Assembly (NCBI GenBank): GCA_963704865.1
Contig: CAVPIE010000002.1
Coordinates: 654,989 to 718,988, forward strand
Direction: 5' to 3'
Length of the DNA stretch: 64,000 bases
Origin: an uncultured delta proteobacterium
Lineage (GTDB): Bacteria; Myxococcota_A; Polyangia; Polyangiales; Houyiibacteriaceae
The notes under the pieces are model-generated. The model saw nothing but the letters and a program-made list of their open reading frames with translations, searched no databases and was not told where the DNA came from. Shown here piece by piece: positions 25,280-34,696 of the stretch. Positions within the stretch are counted from its first letter, which is position 1, and each line of letters begins with the position of its first letter. The position numbers and the translations under genes are program-made.

Positions 25280-27438
25280 AATTTGGCTTCGCCCACAAGA
25301 TCGTGGCCTACCTGTTTGCGGCCCTCGGCCTCATCGCGCTCTTGCTCGGCACGACGTTCAGCCCTTTGGAAGCAACGCTCGTCGTCCTGGGTTTCGGGGC
25401 CAGTTGGTTTGCCGAGCCGCCGCTTCTCGACCGCCCGGGCTACTCGCGTTTCTGGAACATCGCCGCCGTAGTGGTTCTCATCCTCCAAATCGCGCGAGCG
25501 ATGGCCGGAGAGTCGATCTTGTCGGTGGGCGTGCAGTACGCGGCTTTCCTTCAGATCTCACGCCTCTCACACCGCAAGACAGCTGCGGACTACCAGCAAA
25601 TCGCGATCCTCGGTTTCCTGCACCTCATCGCGGGCACCGTGTTCTCGACTGGCCTCGACTATGCCGTCGTCTTCTTTGGTTTCGTCATCGTCATGCCGTG
25701 GATGCTCGCACTCACGCATCTACGAAAAGAGCTCGAGATCGCGCATGGCGCAGACAGCCCCGTTCTGCGCGGCGAGCTCCAAAGCAGAAATCTCGCGACC
25801 CCGGCGTTCTTCGGCGGCACCACGCTTCTCGCGGTTCCGCTCTTCATCTTGACCGCCGCCATGTTCTTCGCGTTTCCCCGCGTCGGCTTTGGTTTCCTTT
25901 CGAACCTCGGCGTGCGAACGCAGTCGGTCGCCGGCTTTGGTGACGACGTCGAGCTCGGTGGCTTCGGCACGATTCGCGACGACCCCACCGTCGTCATGCG
26001 CGTCAAACCCAAGAACCGCCCCGACCCGCCGCCGCGCTCGCTCGACCTGCGGCTCCGGGGAACCTCGTTCGACCGTTACAGCGACGGCCGCTGGTCGCGT
26101 TCGCCCATCGCCGGCGTAGAGCTGAAACGCCTCCAAGACACGTACATGGTTTTCCGTCCTCCGAAGCCCGAAGACCGGGAGTACGAGATCATACTCGACC
26201 CGATGGATGAGGCGGTCTTGTTCCTGCCCGAGGGCACCGTGTCATTGCAGCTCCCGCCGACGGTTCGCGCCGGCCGCAATCGATACCGTCGCATCACGCG
26301 CTCGCCAGGGCTCGACGTGCGCTACCAGGGCCGCGTCCAGGGCCCTCTGACCTACAAGGCCTTCGTCACGGCGAAGTCGCGTGGCTTTCCGGAGAACATC
26401 CCGAAGCGCCTTCGAAGCCGCTACCTCGAGGTTCCGGCTGGCTACGATCAAGTCGAGGCCTTGGCCCGAGAGGTGGTCAAAGGCGTCTCCAACCCGCACG
26501 CCCAAGCGCAGTTCGTCGAGCGCTACCTGCGCGGCGGCGGCAAGTACCGCTATACGCTCGAGCAGCCCGACACCGAAGGCAAAGATCCGCTGCAGGTCTT
26601 CCTGTTCGAGGCCAAGGCGGGGCACTGCGAGTACTTCTCGACTGCGATGGCCATCATGATGCGCTCCCTCGGAATGCCGGCTCGCAACGTCACCGGCTTC
26701 CTCGGTGCGGACTACAACCCCTACGGCGACTACTACGCCGTACGGAACGGACACGCGCACAGCTGGGTAGAAGTACTCATCGACGGTCGCTGGGTCACGT
26801 TCGACCCCACGCCGGCCTCCGGCCAGGTGTTCGCGGTGCCGTCCGGCTTGGCTGTGAGGATGCGGCAAGTCATCGATGCGATGCGCGTCCGCTGGGCCGA
26901 GTACGTCGTCGAGTACAACATCCGCGACCAGGCCAAGGCGCTGCAAGGCCTCGCGGCATGGTATCGATCCCTGCGCGGAGATCGCGGTGCCAAGCCGTTC
27001 AGCGCAGACGGTCAGTCGACCGACCAGAGCGAATTCGGGCCGATTCCGTTTCGCCCCGACTGGCGCTGGTTCGTTGCCATCATGAGCACCTTTGGCGTTG
27101 GCGTCCTCTGGGTTCGATGGCGCCGCAAACGCCGTCGCCAAACCCGTGCGGGGCGGCAGCTCGACCCCAACCGCGACCGAGCCGTCCGGCTCTACCTTTC
27201 ACTCGAGAGCAGCCTTCGAAGCGCGGGACAAGCGCGCCCACCGGATGTCACGCCGATCGAGCACGCCGAAGAGCTCGACCGCGCAGGCTTCGCTGCGGCC
27301 GATGAAGTTCGCGAAGTCACCGATGCCTACCTCGCAGCGCGCTTCGGCGAAGCGACCTTGCCGCTGCACGACTACCAGCGGCTTCGCCAGTTGAGCCGTG
27401 GGGTTAGAGCCAAGGCCAAGCGCGCGCCTACTTCGTGA
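25276..27438 (+). CDS. transglutaminase-like membrane protein (DUF3488-like N-terminus plus TGase core)
   Basis: Multi-TM N-terminus. Cys-His-Asp core GHCEYFSTAMAIMMRSLGMPARNVTGF ... HAHSWVEV ... FDPT. ATGA-type overlap with the DUF58 gene. Confidence 0.85.
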   Translation: MKFGFAHKIVAYLFAALGLIALLLGTTFSPLEATLVVLGFGASWFAEPPLLDRPGYSRFWNIAAVVVLILQIARAMAGESILSVGVQYAAFLQISRLSHRKTAADYQQIAILGFLHLIAGTVFSTGLDYAVVFFGFVIVMPWMLALTHLRKELEIAHGADSPVLRGELQSRNLATPAFFGGTTLLAVPLFILTAAMFFAFPRVGFGFLSNLGVRTQSVAGFGDDVELGGFGTIRDDPTVVMRVKPKNRPDPPPRSLDLRLRGTSFDRYSDGRWSRSPIAGVELKRLQDTYMVFRPPKPEDREYEIILDPMDEAVLFLPEGTVSLQLPPTVRAGRNRYRRITRSPGLDVRYQGRVQGPLTYKAFVTAKSRGFPENIPKRLRSRYLEVPAGYDQVEALAREVVKGVSNPHAQAQFVERYLRGGGKYRYTLEQPDTEGKDPLQVFLFEAKAGHCEYFSTAMAIMMRSLGMPARNVTGFLGADYNPYGDYYAVRNGHAHSWVEVLIDGRWVTFDPTPASGQVFAVPSGLAVRMRQVIDAMRVRWAEYVVEYNIRDQAKALQGLAAWYRSLRGDRGAKPFSADGQSTDQSEFGPIPFRPDWRWFVAIMSTFGVGVLWVRWRRKRRRQTRAGRQLDPNRDRAVRLYLSLESSLRSAGQARPPDVTPIEHAEELDRAGFAAADEVREVTDAYLAARFGEATLPLHDYQRLRQLSRGVRAKAKRAPTS

Positions 27439-28912
27439 GGAACCAGCCGAGGGCCACACCAAGCGCGGCGAGCGCAACGACGCCGGCGACGATGAGGGCT
27501 ACCTTGGAGCCCCCGGGCTTGCCTGCGCGAGCCGCTTCGTTCTTCTGCGCTCCCTGCTTCTCTTCCGCCGGCTTTTCCGACTTCGGGTCTACAATCGAAA
27601 TCGGGGTCGCGCCTGGCGGGCGGAACGTCATCACGGGCGCCCCATCTTTGTCTGTGGTGCGCGGAGCCGGAATCAGCGACGGCCCCATGGGCACTCCGGC
27701 CGGTCGCTGAGCCGCTGGCCTGCTGTCCTTGGACTCGAACCAGCCCATCGTGGCGCCTGGCGGTGCGCTGCTGCGCACGTTTTCAATTGCGGTTTCGACC
27801 TCCGAGTCACCAGCAAACCAGTTGCTGGGGTCGACGAAGTCCGAAGCCACCAGCGGCCTTGCGCCTTCATCGTCGGGGCTGAGCCGGAACGGCTTCGACG
27901 GATCGGCCGGCATGTTGACCGTGCTATCGAGCGAGGTGAACCTGCCGAGCTCTTCTTGGATCATGCCGTCGATCATCATCGGCTGCGGCGGCACCGACTT
28001 CTGGCGCTCGAGCGCCGCTTTCACGAGGTTCGCGATGTCGTACGAGGTCACCTTCATCTGATGGTGAAAGAGATAGCTCGCCAGCGCGTCGCCAAACTCA
28101 CGCGCTGTCTGGAACCGATCGTCAGGCTTTCTCGAAAGCGATTTCAGCAGCAACATTTCGAACTCCGGGTCCACCTCGGGGTGGTCGCCCACGAGGCTCG
28201 GGACGTCGGCGCTCGAAACCGCCTGGACCGTGTCGTAGTCGGTTTCGCCGAGGAACAGACGGCGCCCCGAAAGCATCTCCCAGACGCAGACACCTAGCGC
28301 GAAGATGTCAGCCCGCGCGTCGACCGACTGCCCGTTTGCCACCTCGGGCGACAGGTAGCTGAACTTCCCCTTCACCACGCCGGGGTCGGTCCGCTCCAGC
28401 TGCGTACGCGCCTTGGCAAGGCCGAAATCGGTGACCTTCACCTCGCCGCGCTTACTGATCAGGATGTTCGGCGGCGAAACGTCACGATGAACCAGCTCGA
28501 CCGGATTTCCATCTTCGTCAACGAGCTCATGGGCGTAGCTCAGCCCGCGGCAGGCTTCCATCGCAATGTAGATGACGTCCTTGAGAGGGAAGGGCTGCCG
28601 CTTGAGCCGCAGCGTCTCCATGATCTTCTTCAGGTTCGTTCCGTCGACGAACTCCATCACGATGAAGAAGCTGTTGTCCGACTTTCCGATGTCGAAGACG
28701 CTGACGATGTTCGCGTGCGTCAGCCGGGCGCCGAGCCGCGCTTCGTCCAGAAACATCCCGATGAAGTTCGTGTGCGAGGCGAGATGCGGCAGAACGCGCT
28801 TGATAGCGACGCGCTTCTTGAAACCTTGAACACTCGTGGCTTCCGCAAGGAAAACCTCCGCCATTCCGCCGGCTTCAAGTCTTTCGATCAGGTTGTATCT
28901 CTGATCGGTCAT
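27428..28912 (-). CDS. Hanks-type Ser/Thr protein kinase, C-terminally tail-anchored
   Basis: Start taken at [46 protein letters not shown]. Pro-rich linker, terminal [24 protein letters not shown]. Confidence 0.9.
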   Translation of the reverse strand: MTDQRYNLIERLEAGGMAEVFLAEATSVQGFKKRVAIKRVLPHLASHTNFIGMFLDEARLGARLTHANIVSVFDIGKSDNSFFIVMEFVDGTNLKKIMETLRLKRQPFPLKDVIYIAMEACRGLSYAHELVDEDGNPVELVHRDVSPPNILISKRGEVKVTDFGLAKARTQLERTDPGVVKGKFSYLSPEVANGQSVDARADIFALGVCVWEMLSGRRLFLGETDYDTVQAVSSADVPSLVGDHPEVDPEFEMLLLKSLSRKPDDRFQTAREFGDALASYLFHHQMKVTSYDIANLVKAALERQKSVPPQPMMIDGMIQEELGRFTSLDSTVNMPADPSKPFRLSPDDEGARPLVASDFVDPSNWFAGDSEVETAIENVRSSAPPGATMGWFESKDSRPAAQRPAGVPMGPSLIPAPRTTDKDGAPVMTFRPPGATPISIVDPKSEKPAEEKQGAQKNEAARAGKPGGSKVALIVAGVVALAALGVALGWFLTK

Positions 28913-28998
28913 CTCAGGTCGTCCGCCCTCCCCTGAGGCGTTTTTCCATTGTCCTTTGTGGGCAGTGGCCTGGTCAAGGAAGGGATGCCATTGACACG

Positions 28999-29697
28999 GT
29001 GCCCCTGCAGCGCTTGACTGCTGCCGTGTCCCGCTCTCCAAAGCCCCTTCGAATCGCCCCGTCCGTTCTTTCGGCTGATTTTGGCCGCCTCGAGGCTGAA
29101 GTCCAGGCTGTCGACAAGGCGGGCGCCGACTGGATCCACGTCGATGTCATGGACGGCCGTTTCGTGCCGAACATCACAATCGGCCCACCTATCGTGAAAG
29201 CCATCCGCGCCGCGACCAAGAGCGTGGTGGACGCTCACCTCATGATCGTCGAACCAGAGAAGTATGTTCAGTCGTTTGCCGAGGCTGGCGCCGACGTCAT
29301 CACCGTGCACGCGGAAGCCAGCACGCATCTGCATCGCACGCTCCAGCAAATCCGTGCTCTCGGAAAGCGCGCCGGCGTGTCGCTCAACCCCCATACCCCT
29401 CCTGATTGCCTACGATACGTCCTGGCCAACGTCGACCTGATCCTCGTCATGAGCGTCAATCCGGGGTTCGGGGGCCAGAGCTTCATCCCGTCCGCCCTCG
29501 ATAAGCTCGCTCAGATTCGCGACATGATTGACGCATCCGGCTTCGACATCGACCTCGAAGTCGACGGTGGCGTGAAACCTGGAACTGCGCGCCAAGTCAT
29601 CGAAGCGGGCGCCGACGTGATCGTCGCGGGCAGCGCGGTCTTCAACCAGGACGACTACGCGGCGGCCATCCGGGCGATCCGAAAGGACGGCGAGTGA
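28999..29697 (+). CDS. rpe: ribulose-phosphate 3-epimerase
   Basis: [43 protein letters not shown] start. Confidence 0.9.
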   Translation: MPLQRLTAAVSRSPKPLRIAPSVLSADFGRLEAEVQAVDKAGADWIHVDVMDGRFVPNITIGPPIVKAIRAATKSVVDAHLMIVEPEKYVQSFAEAGADVITVHAEASTHLHRTLQQIRALGKRAGVSLNPHTPPDCLRYVLANVDLILVMSVNPGFGGQSFIPSALDKLAQIRDMIDASGFDIDLEVDGGVKPGTARQVIEAGADVIVAGSAVFNQDDYAAAIRAIRKDGE

Positions 29698-31091
29698 ACG
29701 ACGACGCGGCGCTGAGCAAGGATTTCGTCGACCGCAAAGTCACCAAGCGGAAGCTCCGCAAAAGTAGATTGGTCGTTGAAGAAGGGCCCGAAAAAGGCCA
29801 GCGCCTCGACATCGCCAGCGAGCGTATGACCATCGGCCAGAGCGTGATCTGCGACCTGACGCTCAACGACACCGCGGTGAGCGGCACGCATTGCGAGATC
29901 ATCGCCAAAGAGAACGGATTTTTGCTGCGCGACCTCGGCTCGGCCAACGGGACTTGGGTTGCAGGGGTTCGCGTGCGCGAGGCCTGGCTCGAACCGGGCA
30001 TGCCCTTGCGCATCGGGCGCACCGTCATCCGCTTCGAGCACGGCCCGGGCACCATCGAAATCGACCTCAGCCGGCGCGAGAAGTTCTATGAGCTCATCGG
30101 CCACGGCGTGCGCATGCGCGAGATTTTCGCCGTCCTCGAGAAGGTGGCCGCAAGCGACCTGACCGTCCTGGTTCGGGGCGAAACCGGCACCGGCAAAGAG
30201 CTCGTCGCCCGCGCCATTCACCGCGCTTCGAAGCGCGCGCAGCGCCCGCTCATCGTTCAGGATTGCAGCGCGATTCCTGCCAACCTCATCGAAAGCATTT
30301 TGTTCGGCCACGAGCGCGGCTCGTTCACCGGCGCCGCCGACCGCAAGCGCGGCTGCTTCGAAGTGGCGGACGGCGGCACGCTGTTCCTCGACGAAATCGG
30401 CGAGCTCGACATCAGCCTTCAGCCGAAGCTTCTGCGCGTGCTCGAGACGCGCGAAGTGCAACGCGTCGGTGGGACCCGGATGATTCCGGTCGACGTGCGT
30501 GTCGTGGCCGCCACCAACCGCGACCTCCGCCAGATGGTCAACGAAGGCACGTTTCGCGAAGACCTCTACTACCGTCTGACCGTCGTCGAGGTCGACCTGC
30601 CCTCGCTCCGTGAGCGCAGCGAAGACATCCCGGCGCTCGCTGGCCAGTTCCTCGAAGAGTCGGCCAAGCGCGGCCCGCGAGAGGGCGCGACCTTCTCGAT
30701 TACCCATGACGCGATGACGAAGCTGCAAGCCTACCCTTGGCCTGGAAACGTCCGCGAGCTCAAGAACACCATCGAGCGCGCTGTTTCCCTTGCCGACGGA
30801 ACCGAGCTCGGCATGCACGACCTCATGCCCGCATCGCAAAAAACGCCGCCGATGGTGTTTCCCGGCGGCACCGCCGAGCAGTTCGTCGACAACGAGATCC
30901 CCTTCAAAGACGCCAAGCAGCGAATCGTCGATGCCTTCGAAGCGCAGTACCTCAAAGCGGTGCTCGACAAGCATGGCGACAACATCAGCCGAAGCGCGCG
31001 AGCGGCCGGCCTCACCCGCTACCACCTCCGCGAGCTCGCCAAACGCTACGGATTGCGCGGCGAAGCCAACGATCCCGACGACGAAGATTGA
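29694..31091 (+). CDS. FHA-domain sigma-54-dependent transcriptional activator
   Basis: N-terminal FHA ([25 protein letters not shown]...LGSANGTWV). AAA+ core [44 protein letters not shown]-terminal [23 protein letters not shown]. Confidence 0.9.
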   Translation: MNDDAALSKDFVDRKVTKRKLRKSRLVVEEGPEKGQRLDIASERMTIGQSVICDLTLNDTAVSGTHCEIIAKENGFLLRDLGSANGTWVAGVRVREAWLEPGMPLRIGRTVIRFEHGPGTIEIDLSRREKFYELIGHGVRMREIFAVLEKVAASDLTVLVRGETGTGKELVARAIHRASKRAQRPLIVQDCSAIPANLIESILFGHERGSFTGAADRKRGCFEVADGGTLFLDEIGELDISLQPKLLRVLETREVQRVGGTRMIPVDVRVVAATNRDLRQMVNEGTFREDLYYRLTVVEVDLPSLRERSEDIPALAGQFLEESAKRGPREGATFSITHDAMTKLQAYPWPGNVRELKNTIERAVSLADGTELGMHDLMPASQKTPPMVFPGGTAEQFVDNEIPFKDAKQRIVDAFEAQYLKAVLDKHGDNISRSARAAGLTRYHLRELAKRYGLRGEANDPDDED

Positions 31092-31113
31092 GCGATCGGC
31101 GTCGCTCCCGCCT

Positions 31114-32367
31114 ATGATGGAAGCGATGGCTCGGGGCTCCGTTCTCTTCATCGCAGCGCTTGCCGTCGGTTGGCCACAATGGGTTTCAGCCGACGCAGCC
31201 GTCGGCCAACCCGCTGCGCCCGCGCCGTCCTGGGCCAAGTCGGTCGAAGTCGTGAACGACGGCGCCCCCGTGATGCTCGCACCCGACGGCAGCTCACGTC
31301 GCCGTGGGACCGTCGGCGCCGGCACGCGCCTCGGCTTCACGCGGAGGGTCTTCGGCGAAGGCTGCTCGACCGGGGTCTGGTACGAAACCAGCGACCAACT
31401 CTTCATCTGCGAAGGGCACGTACAACCATCGCCTGAGCCCCCTGGCCCCAAGCGCGACGAGCTCACCGGCCCAAGCTCGCGCCTGCCTCAGCGCTACGCC
31501 TTCGTCCGCTTCGACGGCACCCGCGCGTACGCGCACCCGAGCGACTACTTCCGAAGCGACTACAGCGAAGCGCTCGGCAAGGGCTATGGCATCGTGATTA
31601 CCGGAGAGCAGGTGTACGAGGGCGTCGAGTTCATCCGCACGCGCCGCTACCTCTGGATCGAACGCGGCTCGGTTCACTTCGTCGACGGAAGCGCGTTCAC
31701 CGGCGTAAAGCTCCGCCGAGGCAAGCCCCTCGACGTCGCCTGGGTCTCGCCTCGCCCCGCGAAGCTGTACGACAAACCCCACGGCCGCGTTCGAAAACGC
31801 CTCGACCGCCATGCCGCGGTCCACATCCAATCGAGCCAAGGCGCCTGGAGCCAGCTCGCCGGGGGAGGGTGGATGCGCACCGCCGACCTCGCCCGCGCCG
31901 TCCGCGTCGCCCCCCCCGAAGGCGTGGGCCCGACGGACCGTTGGATCGACATCGACATCGACCAGCAAACCCTCGTCGCCTACGAAGGCCCCAGGCCGAC
32001 CTTCGCGACCCTGGTTTCAACCGGCCGCAACAGCAAGCAATCTGAAACCCCGATCGGTGTGTTTCAGATCTGGGCCAAGCTCGAGTACTCCGACATGGAC
32101 GACATCGAGCGCACCGACGTCGACAAGAACTATTCGATTCAAGATGTCCCCTGGGTTCAGTTCTTCAAAGGCAGCTACGGCTTCCACGCCGCGTTCTGGC
32201 ACAACGACTTCGGCCGCCGCCGAAGCCACGGCTGCATCAACCTCTCGCCCGCGGACGCTCGCTACCTCTTTCAGTTCAGCCAGCCCGTCCTGCCGCCCGG
32301 TTGGAACGCGATCCTCCCGATGCCCGAAGACCGCCCGACCACGGTGCAGGTTCGTGCAACGGACTGA
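31114..32367 (+). CDS. L,D-transpeptidase (YkuD) domain protein, secreted
   Basis: Start at MMEAMARGSVLFIAALAVGWPQWVSADA (signal peptide). Catalytic region FHAAFWHNDFGRRRSHGCINLSPADA. Confidence 0.85.
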   Translation: MMEAMARGSVLFIAALAVGWPQWVSADAAVGQPAAPAPSWAKSVEVVNDGAPVMLAPDGSSRRRGTVGAGTRLGFTRRVFGEGCSTGVWYETSDQLFICEGHVQPSPEPPGPKRDELTGPSSRLPQRYAFVRFDGTRAYAHPSDYFRSDYSEALGKGYGIVITGEQVYEGVEFIRTRRYLWIERGSVHFVDGSAFTGVKLRRGKPLDVAWVSPRPAKLYDKPHGRVRKRLDRHAAVHIQSSQGAWSQLAGGGWMRTADLARAVRVAPPEGVGPTDRWIDIDIDQQTLVAYEGPRPTFATLVSTGRNSKQSETPIGVFQIWAKLEYSDMDDIERTDVDKNYSIQDVPWVQFFKGSYGFHAAFWHNDFGRRRSHGCINLSPADARYLFQFSQPVLPPGWNAILPMPEDRPTTVQVRATD

Positions 32368-32372
32368 CTCGC

Positions 32373-32801
32373 CTAGGCTTCTACCGTGTCTTTGATGTTA
32401 TGGAGCGCCATCTCGAACTCCCGATGGTTCCGCCTCGTGACGATGTGCTCTGCGAGCTTGCCGAGCACGGGAATCGGAATGCTGTAATCGACCTCGGCCT
32501 TCACCACCGTCCCTTCATCGTGCGGTTCGAGGTTAATTCCCCAAACTAGCTCGATGGTGCCGATGGTCTGATGCACGACGCACTTATCGAGAACATGCTC
32601 GATGACCGTAGCCTGCCCTCGGAGCAGAAGCCCTGCCATTTTGTAGATCCACTCGTACTGCTGCCCGGCGCCCGTCCCGATCACATTGTGAACCTCGACC
32701 ATGCTCGGCATCCAGTCGGGAAAGTTCATCGGCTCGTCGATGTACGCGAAGACTTGGTCCGCCGTGGCGTTGATGACGATGCTGCTCTTCCAAGAATCCA
32801 T
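32373..32801 (-). CDS. SRPBCC (START/Bet v1-like) superfamily protein
   Basis: 142 aa. N-terminus SSIVINATADQVFAYIDEPMNFPDWMP is typical of this fold family. Confidence 0.75.
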   Translation of the reverse strand: MDSWKSSIVINATADQVFAYIDEPMNFPDWMPSMVEVHNVIGTGAGQQYEWIYKMAGLLLRGQATVIEHVLDKCVVHQTIGTIELVWGINLEPHDEGTVVKAEVDYSIPIPVLGKLAEHIVTRRNHREFEMALHNIKDTVEA

Positions 32802-32914
32802 GGCGGGTCCGACGATAGGGTCGAAACGCCATGAAACCAGACGAATCCAACGACGTCCATACGCAATTGTTTAGCCAAAAAGGAGCCATGAGGAGTTGAG
32901 AAGCAGCAACCGGT

Positions 32915-32930
32915 TGGCGCAGCTCGAGCA
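32915..32930 (+). promoter_or_regulatory. candidate sigma-54 (-24/-12) promoter ahead of the flp/tad block
   Basis: TGGCGC-agctc-GAGCA keeps the GG-N10-GC spacing but has 1 mismatch at -24 and 2 at -12. Lies 86 nt upstream of the first Flp-like ATG. Weak match by eye. Confidence 0.35.
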
Positions 32931-33015
32931 GCCCACCCTCTGGTGGGCGACCTCTGGTCCCGACGAACGAGAGAGTTTCCACACAACATTCGCCACCCAC
33001 GTCCGATGTACGTGC

Positions 33016-33150
33016 ATGGTGTTCGCCGAGTACACGTTGCTCACAGGAATCGTCGTCCTAACGGCGGGCCTAGCCCTCTACGCCCTCGGCGTACCCCTGG
33101 TGCAGGCGTTCTACCTCACGAAGCTCTTTATCCTTTTACCGGTGCCCTGA
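33016..33150 (+). CDS. Flp-like small hydrophobic protein lacking a leader peptide
   Basis: 44 aa, MVFAEYTLLTGIVVLTAGLALYALG... The xxxxEY motif followed by a hydrophobic helix begins at residue 1. No Gly cleavage site, poor RBS. Confidence 0.4.
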   Translation: MVFAEYTLLTGIVVLTAGLALYALGVPLVQAFYLTKLFILLPVP

Positions 33151-33165
33151 GAGAGGAAGGCAGTC

Positions 33166-33351
33166 ATGAGAATCGAAGCGGGAAATGAGAAGACCTTGCT
33201 CGCCGACAAGCGAGGACTAACCACGGTCGAGTACATCATCGTGCTCGGTTTGATCGCCGTGGTCGGCATCGCGGCTTGGCAGCAATTTGGAGAAACCTTG
33301 ATCGGCGAGGTCGAAGCTGCCGACGGATACATCGCGGACGTCGTGCAGTAG
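33166..33351 (+). CDS. flp: Flp/Fap family prepilin
   Basis: 61 aa. Leader MRIEAGNEKTLLADKRG, then LTTVEYIIVLGLIAVVGIAA (canonical G/XXXXEY processing motif). GAGGAAGG RBS. Confidence 0.85.
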   Translation: MRIEAGNEKTLLADKRGLTTVEYIIVLGLIAVVGIAAWQQFGETLIGEVEAADGYIADVVQ

Positions 33352-33362
33352 CAGGCAGTGCG

Positions 33363-33908
33363 ATGAACACGGCGGTAACCATCGCTGCGGGTCTGGCTTT
33401 GTGCGTCGCGGCAACAGCGGCGTTCTGCGATTGGCGACGAGGCGAGATCCCCAATTGGCTGACGCTCCCCGCGCTTCTCCTCGCGCCATGGAGCTACGGC
33501 CTTGCGTTCGGCATCGAGTACGCCCTACATAGCCTCGCGGCTGGGTTCTTGGGCGGCCTGGTGCCGTACCTCATGTTTCGCCGTGGCGCGATGGGAGGCG
33601 GCGACGTCAAGCTCTTTGGCGCCCTAGGGGCGGTGATGGGCTTCGACCTGCTTCTCGGGGTCGAGATCCAGCTGGCGGCTTCCTTGGCGGCCTTGGTGTT
33701 CGCCAGTGCGGCGCTTGCCTGGAAAGGGGCATTGACCAGCACTCTGATGAACGCGCTTGCCGTGGGTTTCGGCCCTTTGCTTCCACAGCGATGGCGTCGC
33801 GAACCTTGCGACGAGCTGGCTGCGCAAGTTCGTATGGGAGCGCCGGTCTTCGTCGCGACGGGATTCTTCGCAACCCCACATCTCTTGCTCGCATGGGCCG
33901 CGCCGTGA
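33363..33908 (+). CDS. cpaA: A24-family prepilin peptidase (CpaA/TadV)
   Basis: 181 aa, multi-TM. First Asp in CDWRRGEIPNWL and second in GGGDVKLFGALG. Confidence 0.85.
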   Translation: MNTAVTIAAGLALCVAATAAFCDWRRGEIPNWLTLPALLLAPWSYGLAFGIEYALHSLAAGFLGGLVPYLMFRRGAMGGGDVKLFGALGAVMGFDLLLGVEIQLAASLAALVFASAALAWKGALTSTLMNALAVGFGPLLPQRWRREPCDELAAQVRMGAPVFVATGFFATPHLLLAWAAP

Positions 33909-33916
33909 CCGGAACT

Positions 33917-34696
33917 ATGTCAAATTCTGGTTCGCTGTTTACAGACAAACGCGGCGTCGTTTTTCTCGAGTTTCTCGTCTCATTCGTTCCCATGTGGACG
34001 TTCTTCTTGAGCGTTCTTCAGCTTGCGTTCATTTCCCACGCGAACCTGATGGTGAAGCACTCCGCCGACTCGGCAGCGAGGGCGGCCGTCGTCGTTTTGC
34101 CCGACGATCCAAACGAATACGGCGGCGAACCCGAGATGAGCCTGGACCGCAATGCCGTAACGGCATCCGATCTGGGTGTTGCACTCGGGCAAATCGGGTC
34201 GGCGGTGCGGGGTCGAGCAAGCGAAGCAGGCCTCTTGAAGGCCTTCTCCCAGAAGCCTTTGGCCAACCTCGGAAGGTCACGCCTCAACACGATTCGACTG
34301 GCCGCCCATACGCCGCTGATGCCGTTGGCGCCGATGAATGTAGGTCGCGATTCGCACCCCAGCATCGGTAAGGCCATCGGAAGCGAGAGGAAGCTCCTCA
34401 GCGCGCTCTACTATCAGCCGTTTGCGCTTGCGGTGACGTTTCCGGGCCTTCGGGGGGTCGTCGCGACGGAGCCGGAAATCACCGTGAGGGTCACGTACGC
34501 CTACCAATGCACCGTGCCGCTTGCCCGAAGTATTCTCTGTCAGTCGTTCGCAGACCTCGACGCCAAAGAAGAGCTCGGCGAAGCGTTCCTCCCGCTGGCC
34601 CAGAGTCTCGTCGGCGGTCGATTTCGGGGTCTACAGCACGACACCACGCTGCTGATCCAAGACGCGCCCTACGAGTATCACCCGAGGGGTTCCTGA
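33917..34696 (+). CDS. TadE-like pseudopilin
   Basis: N-terminus DKRG/VVFLEFLVSFVPMW (G/XXXXEF motif plus hydrophobic helix). 259 aa. Alternative ATG at 33893. Confidence 0.75.
   Translation: MSNSGSLFTDKRGVVFLEFLVSFVPMWTFFLSVLQLAFISHANLMVKHSADSAARAAVVVLPDDPNEYGGEPEMSLDRNAVTASDLGVALGQIGSAVRGRASEAGLLKAFSQKPLANLGRSRLNTIRLAAHTPLMPLAPMNVGRDSHPSIGKAIGSERKLLSALYYQPFALAVTFPGLRGVVATEPEITVRVTYAYQCTVPLARSILCQSFADLDAKEELGEAFLPLAQSLVGGRFRGLQHDTTLLIQDAPYEYHPRGS

Noticed and set aside
29655-31466. 603-aa minus-strand ORF across the FHA-sigma-54 activator gene.
   Set aside because: Shadow frame of a motif-rich plus-strand gene. No recognisable domain.
32831-32899. 22-codon ORF (MKPDESNDVHTQLFSQKGAMRS) in the SRPBCC/flp intergenic region.
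   Set aside because: It has AT-rich, non-GC3 codon usage unlike real genes here, no RBS, and lies upstream of the candidate promoter.
32943-33188. 81-aa ORF overlapping the first Flp-like ORF in another frame.
   Set aside because: The translation is Arg/Pro/His-rich with no hydrophobic helix. The competing frame gives a Flp-like EY-plus-helix sequence.
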